Of a DNA stretch of 64,000 nt, positions 11,271 to 25,152 are shown piece after piece. The notes below the pieces were generated by a model. The model ran no database searches, had not been told where the DNA came from, and saw nothing but the letters and a program-made list of their open reading frames with translations. The position numbers and the translations under genes were made by a program. Numbering within the stretch: position 1 is the stretch's first letter; each line of letters opens with the position of its first letter. Source of the DNA: Eledone cirrhosa (taxonomy: Eukaryota); the NCBI GenBank assembly GCA_964016885.1, contig OZ024741.1, positions 360,406,001 to 360,470,000 of the forward strand, in the 5' to 3' direction.

Positions 11271-12309
11271 CTTGTAATATAGCAGGTAAATTTGGAAGTT
11301 TACATTTGCCCATTAGGCAAATACCATATATACTTGAATATATGCCATTCCCCCTCACACCACCACCATTATATGTTTGAAAAATAAGCAAAAATCCAAA
11401 CCTTGTTTATAAGCTGAGGTAACTAATCAACACATTTAGATGGAGCGGTTTTGAAATTCTCATTACTATAAAATATATTTATAAGGTTTTAATATTTTGA
11501 TGTTTAAAATGTTTTAAGCGTCATTTAAAGTATAGTTTTTGTTTTACAACCCCATTACGTAATGATTTTTTTTACCATTTCATCCATTTTATAAAGATTT
11601 AACAAGTTTCTTAAATTTTCGTTTACTTCTGGCCATTCACAGACTAGAAGTACTTGAATAAGGGAATTTTGTATAGGAATTTGTGGAGTAGGGGGAGGGT
11701 GAAACAGCAAGCTAGAAAGAGGAGAGGGAGAGCAAGAAAAAGAAGAGAAAGGGGAGAGAGAGCAATAAAATACAAGTCAGAAGTAAGATTTCTTATGTAA
11801 GATTAAAAGAAAAAAGTATTAATTTAGAGAAAAGCATTTATGTCTGTACGCACATGTGCCAGTGTGTATGCATGTATGTGTATGGGATATAATGTATTAA
11901 AAAGTTCAAATTATAAAAATTTGTTTGAAATATTTTCAAGGAAATGTATAAATGAAACTAATGGTGATGTAGTAAATGTAGAAAAACAGTGTTTCATTGT
12001 AAAATAATCACTCCAGATATTTTAGCAGGTTATTTACATAGACTTTGAAGTCAGTGAAAATTATTAAGTTATTGACCTTGAACATACTCCCCCATTTTGC
12101 CATCAATTTTTTCTGTCTCATATTTCTCAGCTTATATATGAGTACATAAAAATATATAAATGAATTATTAAAAATAAATAAATGAAGTCATTACACCTGT
12201 ATTTGACTAATACAACTCGTTATATTACTCACATCCAAACATTATAAATATAGTATTAAAATGAAGCTGTGATTTGAGAAAAACAAAAGAAAAGAATTTG
12301 AGAAAAGGA

Positions 12310-13240
12310 CTATATATTTTACATTTATGTATTTGTTCTGCAAGATCCTTGATGTGAAACCATGTGTTGAAACCATATTATTATATTAGGAGATTGTTAT
12401 GTTGCCAATATTGCCAATAGAAACACATGCACCATATAATTTTCACTCATCTTTATTGTTCATTATTCATTTGTTTGTCAAAGTTCTTTCATCACACATT
12501 CTATGACCTCCTCAATGATTATCTGTTTTGTGCCTCCTCTTTTTCCTGGTCTTAAGCTTCTACTCCCTCTTGTCTTTGTTTGTTTTGTGATGTGTTTTTC
12601 ATGTTTCGTGTCTGTGCATGCGTTTGCACCTGTGTCTCTGTGAGTGTGATTGTGATTTTGTTTTTCTTATGTCTACATGTGTTTTATGCCCTCCTGCCAG
12701 CAGAAAACAGTCACCCGACCCATGAAAGTTAGTCTGTAAGCAGTTTTGACGTGATTTTGGGAATGAGCTGTGGTGGTAGCGTGTGTTTATGTGTGTATAT
12801 AGTAGGTTCAGAGGCGAAGGTGGTAGTAGAGGTTGTTGATAGCTGGGTATGTCTGTATAGGTGATAGGGAGCAAGGGTAGGTGGCCAGTGAGGTGGAGGA
12901 GGACAGGAGTTAGTGGTGTTGGGTATGTGTGTATGGGTGGTAGAGTGGTGGAGTGTGGAGGTAGAAAGGGTTTAGTGGTGGGTGGGGGTGGGGGTTGGAG
13001 TGTCCGGTAGTTGATTAGTTGGAGCCATTGGTAGGGTAAAAGAGGGGGTTGTATGGGGGTAACAGGTATATGTTGTGTAGGTGTGTATCTGGGTAAGTGG
13101 TGAAGAGGTGAAGTGTGTATGGGTGTCTAGGAGCGTGTTTGTGGGAGGAGCTAAAGGAAGAGTGGGTGTGGAATTCAGACCATTTCCAGTCCAGGTCTGG
13201 AGGAAAAAATAGTGCGCTGCTCATGTCTCAGGTGTGTGTA
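12310..13240 (-). mobile_element. Penelope-like element 3' remnant: GIY-YIG C-terminus, C/A-rich UTR and degenerate hammerhead
   Basis: 13235-13168 reads LRHEQRTIFS/(L)QTWTGNGLNS with one frameshift, resembling the PLE end R..E..WI..LxTLxPxGLN. At 12519-12477 is AUCA-uUGAGGA-GGUCAUA..UGUGAU-GAAA-GAAC-UU-UGAC. Confidence 0.6.
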
Positions 13241-13949
13241 TGTCCATGTTTCAGTTTATGTTCGATAAAAAGAGATCAATATAAGTAACTAACTAGAAAA
13301 AAGTAAGAACTTGAATTGACATGATTGACTAAATCCCTTCAATAGCTGAATCCAGTGAAAGTAAAAAAGAATAAAAGAATGGAAGTGTAAAAGAGAGTTG
13401 GGGAGGAAGTTCCTACTTTGGGGGAGGAAGTTCCTACTTTGTTGTTGAAAGAGAAAGAGTAAGGTAGAAGCAGCAGGGTATATCTCTTCACATTTACCAT
13501 TAAACTCTTCACAAAAGTGACTGCATGAAACAAATATGTGTACCTGTCTGTGAATGAAAGTATGTTTAAATTATATTTAAATGTTGGTAAATACAGACAG
13601 ATAACACTCTTTATCTCTCACCCAACTCTCATGTCTTCTAAGCCGACACACTTCTTGGCTACTTGACAAACAACAAAGCTACAAGTCTTGGCTGTTGGGA
13701 GAGAAAATATTCAAATACTGCCTCCCATATACTTAAACAAATATTTAATTCTGTGAGGAGGGTTTTTATAGTTAATATTAGTTTATGTATATGATGATGG
13801 ATCCTCTGTTGGTTTTGATGATGAATAACATGTAAGTGGTTGAGTATACCACAAACAGGCATTCTCTTAACATTATTCCCTAGCTGAATCATCAGGATGG
13901 AAACAACTCTGTGTAAGGAGAGCAACAGTCCAATGCCAGACATAAAATT

Positions 13950-14227
13950 ACTCACACCCTCCAAGCTGTTAACAGGCAAAGGTCAGATGTGAAATGTAGC
14001 CTCAATTACTTGCTTCCATGCTGGTAATAGTCCCAGGCCAGATGTGAAATGATGGAGCTACATACTTCTCTCCAAGCTGGTAACAAGCCCAGGCTAAATG
14101 TGAAATGTAGGGCCCACTCACTCCTCTCCAAACTGGTTATAGTCCCAGGCCAGATGTGAAATGTAGGCCATAGTTACTCCCATCTAAGCTGGATATAGGT
14201 CCAGGCTGGATGTGAAATGTGGACCTT
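13950..14227. repeat. Diverged tandem repeat of about 55-57 bp, 5 copies
   Basis: Recurring ccaggc.agatgtgaaatg and ctccaagctgg blocks; atgtgaaatg occurs near 13987, 14042, 14098, 14154 and 14210. Confidence 0.8.
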
Positions 14228-15327
14228 ATTTGAAACTGTCCATTACCCATCAACTCTTTTGATTTTAAACCATTCAAAACTGCTCTTGATTCTACGATAC
14301 AAAATAATTTGTTTTAAAATGTGTATATTTATCTGGAAATTTTCCATCATAATTTTGTTTAAGAACCTTTGTTAAATTATGCTCCAAACACCAGCTTAAG
14401 AAGGAGAAAGTTAGTTACATTACTATATCCCTCCAAATTCTTGATTAATTAAAAAATTGAAAATTATAAGCAGTGTTTTTAATAAGAAATATGGTAGTAA
14501 AAGGATCAACTATTTTAATACTTGATCAATACTAAATGTATATGTTTTAGGTGTGGGTTACAAGTTTATACATAATGTATTTAGAATTAACAGAAAAAGA
14601 ATTAGAACTTAAAGCATTTAAGCTCATGCTAAGCATCAATACAACCTATTAAAATATGTCCCAAAATGGAAGCCAGCAGTTCCAACATTTCAGTATTGAT
14701 CAAATGTGTTATGCCTGTGTATTTGACAATTTTTTTCTTATTCCCAATCATCTCATGCCAATATTTTCACTTTATTCAACTATTACATTTCACATTACTG
14801 TATTTCAAATGAAAGACACTGCCGATGAGTTTCAAACTATATAGAAAGTTATTAAGAATTCCGAGGGATTTAGTATTCTAACTAATTTTCTCAATATTAA
14901 GCTGGTGTTTGGAGCATCAATCACCCCCCTCACCACCACCAATTACCCACCTTCACCATTTTCCTGTTACACTAGAGCCCTGCCATTCCCTCCCTTTTCT
15001 GGGGGTTTTTTCAAATATATTTTCATATTTTACATTCCATTCTCTCTTCTCAATCTAATTTTTTTTTTTTTTTTCTATTAAATTGTATTTACATGATATA
15101 TTTTTACATAGAATAAAATTGCACTTAACAAAGGTTTTTACATAAAATTAGGATGGAAGGTTTTTAGATAAATATAAACACTTGAAAAGAAACAGTTTTG
15201 TATTTTAGAACCAGGGGTGGTGTCATGCAGTTTGGTATCAAAAGAGTCCATATGCAGCATTCAGGTATATAATTGAAACAATAAAACAAAGTGATTTATA
15301 CCTACATACATACTTACATATCTACCT

Positions 15328-15332
<5 letters not shown>

Positions 15333-15402
<70 letters not shown>
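15333..15402. repeat. (CA)n microsatellite
   Basis: Direct reading. Confidence 0.95.
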
Positions 15403-15412
<10 letters not shown>

Positions 15413-15895
15413 AATGGGGCTTCAAAGAGAAGTTTTTCAAGGCGGAACAAGACTACTTTTGAACCTCAGAAGTTAGGGTGGAAAGATGGGGATTTTCTTG
15501 AAATTCAAGGGAGGCAGCTATAATTTTTTTTTCTATGATAGGGCATCAGATATTCACCGACTCAGAACCAATGTACTGACTAACTCCTCCCCCTCTAATG
15601 GGCTCTGCATATATACATAGAAATATATAGACCTACTTCCATTTCTACACATATTTCTATATACACATGTATACACCATTATGCACACATAAAGACACAA
15701 TCCTGTATTCATGCATGCACAACATTGCTCACAAGTACACACAGCTTTGTACTTACACACTTTGTACATAAACCCAGTCATAAATCCTTGTACTCGGGTA
15801 TACACATACACATTAACTTACACTTGCCTTTGTGTGTGTATGTGTGTGTAAAATGATAAACAAGTACACGTACACACACACACATTGATACATGC

Positions 15896-15999
<104 letters not shown>

Positions 16000-18900
16000 C
16001 CATACTATTAGACATCTATTTAATATCCATGAAAGAATGACTGGCCTCTTCCATCTAATGAAGAAATAGTTTTTTACCCAATGTGAAAATCAAGTATTAC
16101 CATCTGAATAAATAAGAGAGAAAACAGTGAACAGGGAAAGTACTTAAATAGGAAGGTTTGTAGGAAAAACAAAAGTTAGAAGCTACATTAGGTAGTTAGG
16201 GAGGTGAGGCAAGGAGCACAGCAAAATGAGGTGAGGTAAATGTTCACACAATTTTTATAGTCATTAATCACTGTGTGTTTTGCTTTGCTACAAAATGGTA
16301 GAAAAACAAGTACAAGATGCCTGAATAATAACCATAATTTATATTCTCACTACTGTTATTGTTTTTAGTTAGTTATTTCCTCATGACTGAGAAAGAATGC
16401 CAAAAACAAAAAGGGTGAGGTGATGTAAAAATAATTTTTTGTAGGGTAGGGTAATCAAGAACAGCCTTATTATTAACTCCCCTTAACAGCCCTTCTAGCA
16501 GGTGCAACAAGTTCATTATTATTGGTGATGTGGTGGTGTTCCTTCTTCTGTAATTAAAAATGGGTTTTTGAATTTACTGCTAGTTTGTTGGTTTAGTTGG
16601 TAGTATTTGTGTTCAATTCAATTATGTTCCTTCCCTTCGTAAAGAGGCTGGAGATATCACGTTTTCAAAGTACTCAAATTTTTGGACAGTTATACATGAG
16701 TAGATCATCCAGTTCCTTGCTCACAGCTAATGTCGCCCATCAGTTATACAAAAGTAAGAGCCCAGTTCCTTGCTCACAGCTGATGCTACTCTCCTTCAGT
16801 TATACATAAGTATAATGTTCAATTCCTTGCTCACTTGCAGATTCTTTGTGAAATCACACTAGATGCAGCTGTCCATCAGTTTAGTGTGGATTCTTCTGTC
16901 TGGAACAGACTTATTTAGAATGTGACCAGCATGTTTTAAGAGAAGTACGTCTCCTTACTAATCCACTGCACACTTGGGTAGCTTTTGCTGTTATTCTATT
17001 CATTAGGTAAACCCACTTATCTTGCAGCTTGTAAACCCAAATATTTTGCATCTGGCCCCTATATCTAAGAGTCACTCCACTATCCTCCACATGTGAACAC
17101 ACTTGGTAGCAATCAACCCTACTTTGAGTTTGAGTAGGGCTGAAAAAAGGCATATGATATCTATTAAATCTATGAATTCAGGTTTAAATGTTTTATAATT
17201 TTCCCATTGATATTCCATTTAATTTTAAATACTATTCAGGCATTTGCCAAATTTTACTACCAACTCACAATCAGACATATTTCATTTATAGTTATTGTAC
17301 TAGTCTTCTTTAAAATTATCCCTAAACCTTAGGAACATCCCACTCTTTAGTATTAATGGGTGATTGGAAAGGGTACTTGGATGCACACTGGGACTGTGTG
17401 GGAAGATGGTGTAAAAGCCTCACAAACCTGCTCAGATGCTTTCTACTGTCTGACAGGTACCGACTGGATTTCTCAGATGTGCTATAGATCGTATCGATAG
17501 AATATTTTTTTAGAAACCAAGTCAGAAACAGTTCTGTTTCAGCAAGATATGGTCATCTGACCTGGCTTGTCTCACTACAGGACAACTTGTTTAAACCATG
17601 CCAGCATGGAAAAATGGATGTTAAATGGTGGTGCTGCTGCTGATGATATATATGTATTAAGTACAAAACTCCTGGTTCTTGAGTCACTAGTATAGCTTCA
17701 CAGTTATAATAACTTATACAGGTTTGAAAAGTGCATTGAGCATGACATTTTTGGCCTTCAGGTCACTGATATATATATACACATAATGTTTGTAAATATG
17801 CTTATTTTTTCTACCAAAATTGACTGAATCAAGTAAAATACATAATTAATTATTAAAAATAAAATAGATGGGATACGTTTAAAGTGACGTCTTGTCTAAA
17901 GTGAGTGGTGCATCTTTAATTATTCCTGAAGAATGATGATTCAAATTTATGTATTCAATCTTTCTGTAATTTCCATCATAGACATACTATACTCCCTCCC
18001 ATCTTTCTCAACATTATTGGCTGGCCTACTGTCATTACAAATTCTGCTCATGTGAATCCCTTAAGGATATTTTTTCCATTCTTTCCTTTTCTTTTTCTAA
18101 ACCTCTTTCTTCTGTCTTTCTATTACCAAATATTGCTGGATAGAAAAGAATCAGATTCCATCACTGAATAAACTGATGTAGTGTTTGTCTACTGCTTCAG
18201 TTCCCTTCACTCATCTCTTGGGTGTTAATTAGTGAGGTAAAGTAGAAACATTTTACTGCATTGAATCGATGCCTAGTCTGAAGGGAAGAATCAACTTTAA
18301 GAGGATATTCCTTAACCTTGACCCCCCCCCCCCCCGCCCCATCTGAAAGGTATTGCTATTCCACTGTGGCTTACTTATTGCCAAATATCTTTTCTCCATA
18401 TAACATTAGACTGTATTTAACAACTTCTATTATAATTGCATGAGAACATTATTGTAAATGTTATCTTATCTATACAATCTTTTCTATGTGTATTCAATTT
18501 AGAATAGGAACACCATATATTGTAAGATGTGACTAAAAGAGTTGGTGCCAGGAAGGGCATCGTCTGTAAAACATTGCCTCAAAAAAGACCTCATAATGAG
18601 TATGAAGTCAAGCTAAGCCCTGCTTTAGTAGAGAAAATGGCCTTTAAAAATTTGTTGTGATATTATTTTAACTATATAGCTTGTTGGATTATTAAGTCTC
18701 TAAGATCTATCCAATGTTCATAGTATTAAATGGATGTACAAGATATCTTTTTCTCTGGATAGGATAATCACAGATAATTTTCATAGACAATCTTGTAGGT
18801 GTGACGACAAAAACCCCCCAGTACTCACTGTAAATGAGGTTGGCATTAGGAAGGGCATCCAGCTGTAGAAACCATGCCAAAATCAGTCCTGTATAAACAA

Positions 18901-19850
18901 GGCATGGTCACCTGACTTAACATTGCCCACACTCGTCTAACCCATGCTCGCATGGAAGAATGGAAGAATGCGATCTTGATGATGAATCTTGATATCAGAA
19001 AACTGAGACAATTAAGAATAAAATATTCATCCCAGAAACTTACCAAAACACCTGCAATAGATTCAAACTGCTGATCTGATAGTCCATAACCTTATCCACT
19101 TAGCCATTTTGCAACTGATATTGCTCCATTAAAAATATTTTACTAAACTTTGAAAAATTATTGTTTCATCTTGTATATGTTTCATATGTGTATGTAGCAG
19201 CTAACTGTAACAGCAAGAACCAGCTGATGAAAGGCTGTCAGTACCTTCCAGCCCCATTTCTCTACTTTGCCTCTCTGACATACAGAATCCCAGATATATG
19301 TTCCTCATGGTTCCAGTGGATAGAAAGTCTTGAAATATTTCATAAACACTGATTCCCTATCTTAAAATGTCTAAAACGTTTGCAGATTCCACAAATGATA
19401 GACCATTTTTAACAGTTATACTTAAGTTATTAAATGAAGGTCCAGGCCTTGAGGAGACAGCTCAGTTTTATTTATTTTGTTTCATGCTAAATAATTTACT
19501 TAATCCTTTCCCCTTCATAAGAGAGCAAGAACTCATCCTTTCTTACATTTCCTACAGTAAGGGTAGTAACCCTTTCAGAGTGCATGTACTCACATTAACA
19601 ATGATCTTATCAAAAATATTTGATTTCATAACCATAAAAATCTTTGAGCAGCAGATTATTATTTCATTATATTTGTATTTTACAAATTATTTTATGGAAA
19701 AAGAGAACAAAATGTTAAAAAAAATTCTTAAAGAAGTCTAATAGACTTTTTGATGACATGGTGTTAATCACAAGCAATACCAGTAAATTTAGAAATCCAA
19801 GTAATACACTTAATGCTATCTTGACTGGATGGTTACTTGTTACTAATAAA

Positions 19851-20130
19851 TCATCATCATCATCATCAGCGTTTAACGTCCGTGTTCCACGCTTGCATGG
19901 GTTTGGACGGGGTAGTCCCACTTGAGGCAAGAGTGATTGTCTTGCTCGCATAGGACTGTCTGGCAGGTTTTCTACAGTTGGATGCCCTTCCTAACACCAA
20001 CCACATTTACAGTGTGGGTCTGGGAGGTTTTTACCGTGTTGCCTACACGGCCACATTACAGCGTGGACTGTGTGTTTTTTTTTGTCGTGACACCTACACG
20101 ATCTCATTTGTTTCGGCCTGGATGGCGCGG
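19851..20130 (-). mobile_element. RTE LINE 3'UTR copy with (TGA)n tail
   Basis: Closely similar to 44443-44710, the 3' end of the RTE element. Confidence 0.8.
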
Positions 20131-20199
20131 CAATATTTATATTTATTTATTAAGCAGTGCATCCCTGAGCCCATGTTTTCACTCATAAGGTGACAAATA

Positions 20200-20840
20200 A
20201 AGAATAATTGAAAGTTTTTTTATTTAATCAATTATACATAAACATGTGTCTATATTTTACAATACAAAAAAAAGTTATACAATGATGGATATACGAAAAA
20301 AAAAAGATAACAACAAAATTAAGTAATGAAAGAAGAAGGGTAAAGAAGAGCAGATCTAGCTGTATAGGAAAGTACAGGAAAGGACTATAAATGCCATAAA
20401 TGAGAGGAAAAGGAGGCCATGGAAGAAAGGGAGGAGGAAGGAGAGAGGGTGGTAGGCTCTATGCCTAGGGCTGGGTGGTATTTCAGCTTCGCCCTGCAGA
20501 CAAAACTGCAAAGGCATTTCTGCAGATAATCGCTAGTAACACCAGCTGCAAAACCACTCCACCTTGCGAGGCTTCTTCCTCAGACGGGCTGCTGACATTC
20601 TAATTTTACAGAGGAGCTCGGCAGTATGGGGTCTGAGGATGCCTGAGGGCTTGATGGCAGCCGGAGCAAAGAGGAAGGAGCTGGACCAGCCCCAGTACTT
20701 GATTGTCTTCCTGTCCTCTGTGCTGTGGGTTGCAATACCAGGATTTGTGGCTGAAGCAACTAAACTGGAAGTGGAGAATGTGTCACCACATGTGGCAACC
20801 CAGATGAGGGAGTCATCTCTTTCAAATAGGAAGAGGGTAA
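20200..20840 (-). mobile_element. CRE-clade non-LTR retrotransposon 3' part
   Basis: Minus-strand frame LFLFERDDSLIWVATCGDTFSTSSLVASATNPGIATHSTEDRKTIKYWGWSSSFLFAPAAIKPSGILRPHTAELLCKIRMSAARLRKKPRKVEW, then after a frameshift LQLVLLAIICRNAFAVLSAGR; followed by a pyrimidine-rich UTR and AATAAA near 20220. Confidence 0.8.
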
Positions 20841-21220
20841 ATTAAAGGCTGCTTATTTTTTTTCTTTTGATACCATCCTTCCTGAAACTGCCCCTGATTC
20901 TATGATGAATAACGAATTGTTTTAATCCTTTTGATATCAAACCACCTGAGCCACCCCTGGTTCTATAATACAAAACTTTATTTTAAAGTATTCATTTTTC
21001 CATCATAATTTTAGATAAAAACCTTTATTAAGCTATGCTTCAAACATAAGCATAATAAGAAACTTAAATTCCTTTGAGTTCTTGATTATATTCAAAAGGA
21101 TTTAAAAATTATAGGTAGTATTTTTCATTAGAAATATGGTAAAGAAAGAGTCATATTCAAATTTAAACCTTTCATTCTAAGTTTTTATAAGAATCTTTTT
21201 TTTTTTAAGTAGTGCTCTAA

Positions 21221-21625
21221 TAATTGTTTCTACTTTAGGCACAAGGCCAGCAATTACTCAGTGTATTACTGGTACTTTATTTTATCGACCCCGTAAGGAT
21301 GAAAGGCAAAGTCAACCTCGGCTGGATTTGAACTCAGATCGTAAAGGGACGTAACTATGCTGGAAAGCATGGCGTCCGACCCTCTACCGATACTGCCAAT
21401 CCACAATAATGGTTTCTGATATAGGCAAAAGACCAGCAATTTTGGGGGAGGGAAAAGTTGATTAAATTGACCCCAGTGCATGACTGGTACTTTATCTTAT
21501 CGACCCCGTAAGGATGAAAGACAAAGCCAACTTCAGCGGGTTTTGAAACTCAGAACATAAAGGGACATAACTATGCCACAAAGCATGATGGCCAACGCTC
21601 TACTGATTCTGCCAATCCACCACCT
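21221..21625 (-). mobile_element. Two tandem family-A tRNA-derived SINE copies
   Basis: Two reverse-complement copies of the SINE seen at 24965-25152. Confidence 0.85.
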
Positions 21626-22524
21626 AAGTAATACTCTAATAATGAGAAAAGTAATTATTTTACTAAATCCCTCCAGTTTTTTTTTCATTTCTAAAATCAA
21701 TTGGAAATCTTGACAGTATATTTCATTAGAAATATGATAATGAGAGGATTAAGTAATTAAAATGAATAAAACTAATTGAAACCAAATATCCTTTAAGAAA
21801 GCTATGAATGTTAGACAGTTTGACTTCTCCTCCTTCAACAAATGTGTTTCTGTAAGAAATAGCTTTCATCAGAATTACAAATGTGTTAGATTTTCAAAAG
21901 TGTGAAATATTTTGTAAACTTAACAACATTGCGAACTGAACCCCAAAATGTAGGATAGAGATTTATGAGTTAAAATTATATCACATGATATCTAAGTATT
22001 TCGTTTTAATAAATTGCTTCCTTTTTATATGACTGACAATCAATAAAAGAAGAAATGATACGGCTAAAATTCTCTTAGAGACTTAATCTTTGGGGGATTT
22101 TCTCATCATTTAGCTGGCATTATGCCAACATATTCCACAATATCATCTGCTGAAGAGGAATTTACAAAATATCAGATAATGACAACCTTCTGCTTAAAGT
22201 AGCAAGTGTAAAACAGCTGATCACATGATTAAAGGCTGTAATGAGAAGCATTTTTATTGGAAAGTGTTTTAAGGGTATTTTTGCCTGTTAAAGCAGGGTT
22301 TAGCCTTGTGGGCCTTATGAAAGACTTCATATCCATCATGGGGTTCTTTTTGAGGCAATGTTTGAAAATCGAATGCCCTTTCTGGCACCAAGCCTTTTAG
22401 TTACCTCTAACAACATACAGGATACTCACTGAAAAGGGAAAAGGAGAAAAAACTTAAAAATTAAATACTAATTGCGATTATAAAGTATATGTATAAGGAA
22501 CAAAGACAACAACTAACAAGGGTT

Positions 22525-22733
22525 TTAACCCTTTAGTATTTACATTACTCTATATATACTATTGTATTTTCACGGTAAAGGCTTTATCTCACGATATCAA
22601 ATCTATGAGATTTTGATATTATTTATTTTGAGAACAATACCTTGACATCAGTGTAAGTGGCCATTACGGCTGGTTTGAACAGAAAGAGGTGAGAGAATTG
22701 TGGTTGGATATGGTTGGTTTAAATGCTAAAGGA
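22525..22733. mobile_element. piggyBac-like MITE copy
   Basis: ttaaccctttag...gctaaagga; same family as 33850-34031 and 51970-52166. Confidence 0.65.
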
Positions 22734-22756
22734 TTATTTTCCCTGCTAAAGTAGGA

Positions 22757-23115
22757 TTTGGCTTCTGGCGTCCTGATTTCCTACATAAAGTCAGAAAGAT
22801 GGCACTGCTATTGTGGTAGGCATCTCTGGCTATTCTTAGCGATAATGGTTTTGCCATTGTGTTTGTGGAGCATGGCTGAGGCACTGTTCAGACTAGGATG
22901 TAGTGTCTCTCCCTCCTCCTCTCCCTTTCATTGCTTGATCTTTTTTCCTTTTTCTTCTTTTCATTTCCCTTTTATCTCTCCCTTTTTTGTTCCCTTTTAT
23001 TATGTGTGTTTTTATTAGATACTGCTCAATTATTTTTCATACAATGTCAATGGTTTTTTATGACATTGAAAATGTTTGTTTTTCATTTCAGTTATCAACA
23101 AATATATTTTAAATT
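22757..23115 (+). mobile_element. Degenerate CRE-like 3' end
   Basis: ASGVL...LLLW*ASLAILSDNGFAIVF resembles the CRE terminal helix WLLQRVSLAIIRGNAFAVL; a pyrimidine-rich UTR follows. Confidence 0.5.
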
Positions 23116-24122
23116 TCCCTGCCAACATTTAACTATGGAGAATATAATCTGTTGTAATTGATGTTTATCTCCATCTGCCTGTGCCTTACCAATTTTTTTT
23201 TTTAGAACTGTCAACAGCAGTCATGTGACTTTGTTAAAGGATTGTTGCCAGCTGATAAGTAGGGAACTGGTTAGGGAAGGAGTAGTGGTGGTGGTAGAGA
23301 TGATGGTAGTGGTAATAGTATTTGGTACACCCCTTCCTCTAGAAACATTTATGATAGCTGTGGATTGTAAATAATGGGGACAGATGAGATAACTAAGGGG
23401 TAGATAGATAGTATGAGAAAATTAAGGATGGCAAACAGAAACTTGTACCTACAGGGTATGTCATTAAAGAGAGTGTGTATTGCCAGTTTGACTAAGGTAG
23501 GGGACTAATATATCTTATATATGCTACTTGACTGACTACCCACAAAATAATAATAATAATCCCTTTGCAATTATTTTACTGTCTATGTAAGGATGCTGCT
23601 GCCTTCCATTCTTTACATTGTTTGATCTGGTTCCATAAGTTTTTGTTTTATTTTGCTAAAACAAAAAACATTTCTTCTCTGAGATATTTCTGTTATCAGA
23701 GATCTAGAGACCTCATTAGCCACTAATAAGGGATGTGTTCCTTTAACATTATTTAAAGAGAAATGTCTGTCAAATTTATGATAATAGGGGATTGATAGAA
23801 TCAAATCCAACATTTGCAGAGGCCCCATTTTAAGATACCTAGGTCAATCCATCACCTACTTGATGATGTGGTCATAGTAAAAATGGTGCTGACTACATAT
23901 ATATGTGGTCAGTATCATTTTGGCAAGAGAACAGTGTTTGCAAAAGCTGTTAGTGAAATAATATATAGCTAAAGGATGAACTTGCTCTGGAACTATAACT
24001 AATATGAATGGGGAAGGGAATCATATTCTGGAGCAACATTGTACAGGGGCTGTGGAAGTGTTAGGAGGGGCAAAATTTGGTCAATTTAGTTGTAGTGATT
24101 AGTTTAGCTGTTATTATCAAAT

Positions 24123-24307
24123 GTGAATTGGCAGTATCGGTAGAGGGTCAGACACCATGCTTTCCAGTATAGTTACGTTCCTTTATGGTCTGAGTTCAAA
24201 TCCCGTCGAGGTTAACTTTGCCTTTCATCCTTACCAGGTCGATAAAATAAAGTACCAGTAATGAACTGGGTAATTTCTGGCCTTGTGCCAAAAGTAGAAA
24301 CAATTAT
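24123..24307 (+). mobile_element. Family-A tRNA-derived SINE
   Basis: A and B boxes, central domain and tail as in the other copies. Confidence 0.85.
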
Positions 24308-24964
24308 CAAATATCAACCAAGATATAAAAAACTTTGATGTGCAATAAACATAACGTGCAGACCTATGATCAAAAGCATTCCAGTCCTGCCATGAGTTTG
24401 TTTTTCAAAGAATATAGGAATGCTCAGTTTTCAATCAGAGTTAACTTAGGGATATTGTTGTTGCTGTTGCAACATCAACAAAAACCATCAATCTTTAATA
24501 TGTACAATGGAGTAGGGAGGGCCCTTCAGTTGTGTCAAGGATATGACAGCCTCCCTAGTGTTGGGGATCTACATGATAAACACACCCAGTACATGCTGTA
24601 AAGTGGTTGGTGATAGGAAGGGCATCCAGCCATAGAAAACTTGCCAAACAAAGTGTTGGGAGGACTCTCCAGTTGTGTCAAAGACATGACAACCTCTCTA
24701 ATGCTGGTGCTATGATAAAATGCACTTGGTAAAATGTGGAGCTGTATGTAAATGAGATTCAGCCCCCTGGCCTGTCAAGCTGGTCAGCAGCCCCACTTCA
24801 GTACTGACTCAATCTGTGAAGACCCATCCAACCCTTGCTAGCAGGGAAAGTAGATGTTAAATGATGATGATGATGATGAAGAAGAATGTGATGTCATTAC
24901 TCTTATTCAAACAACATTCTGCTTTTCAAGGCTTTATATTGTGGCATATTATTTAATTAAACAC

Positions 24965-25152
24965 GGTGGATTGGCAGTATCGGTAGAGGGTCGGACGCCA
25001 TGCTTTCCAGCATAGTTACGTCCCTTTACGATCTAAGTTCAAATCCCGCTGAGGTTGACTTTGCCTTTCATCCTTACGGGGTCGATAAAATAAAGTACCA
25101 GTAATGCACTGGGTAATTGTTGGCCTTGTGCCTAAAGTAGAAACAATTATTT
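24965..25152 (+). mobile_element. Family-A tRNA-derived SINE (young, full length)
   Basis: Nearly identical to the reverse complements of 21221-21400 and 63024-63203. Confidence 0.9.

Noticed and set aside
13950-14227. Regularly spaced conserved blocks resembling a CRISPR array
   Set aside because: The intervening segments are homologous to each other, so it is a diverged minisatellite; the context is eukaryotic and there are no cas genes.
22140-22232. tcatctg-CTGAAGA...aaa-cagctg-atc-acatga hammerhead-like relic
   Set aside because: GAAA is broken, and stems I and II are too decayed to support a call.
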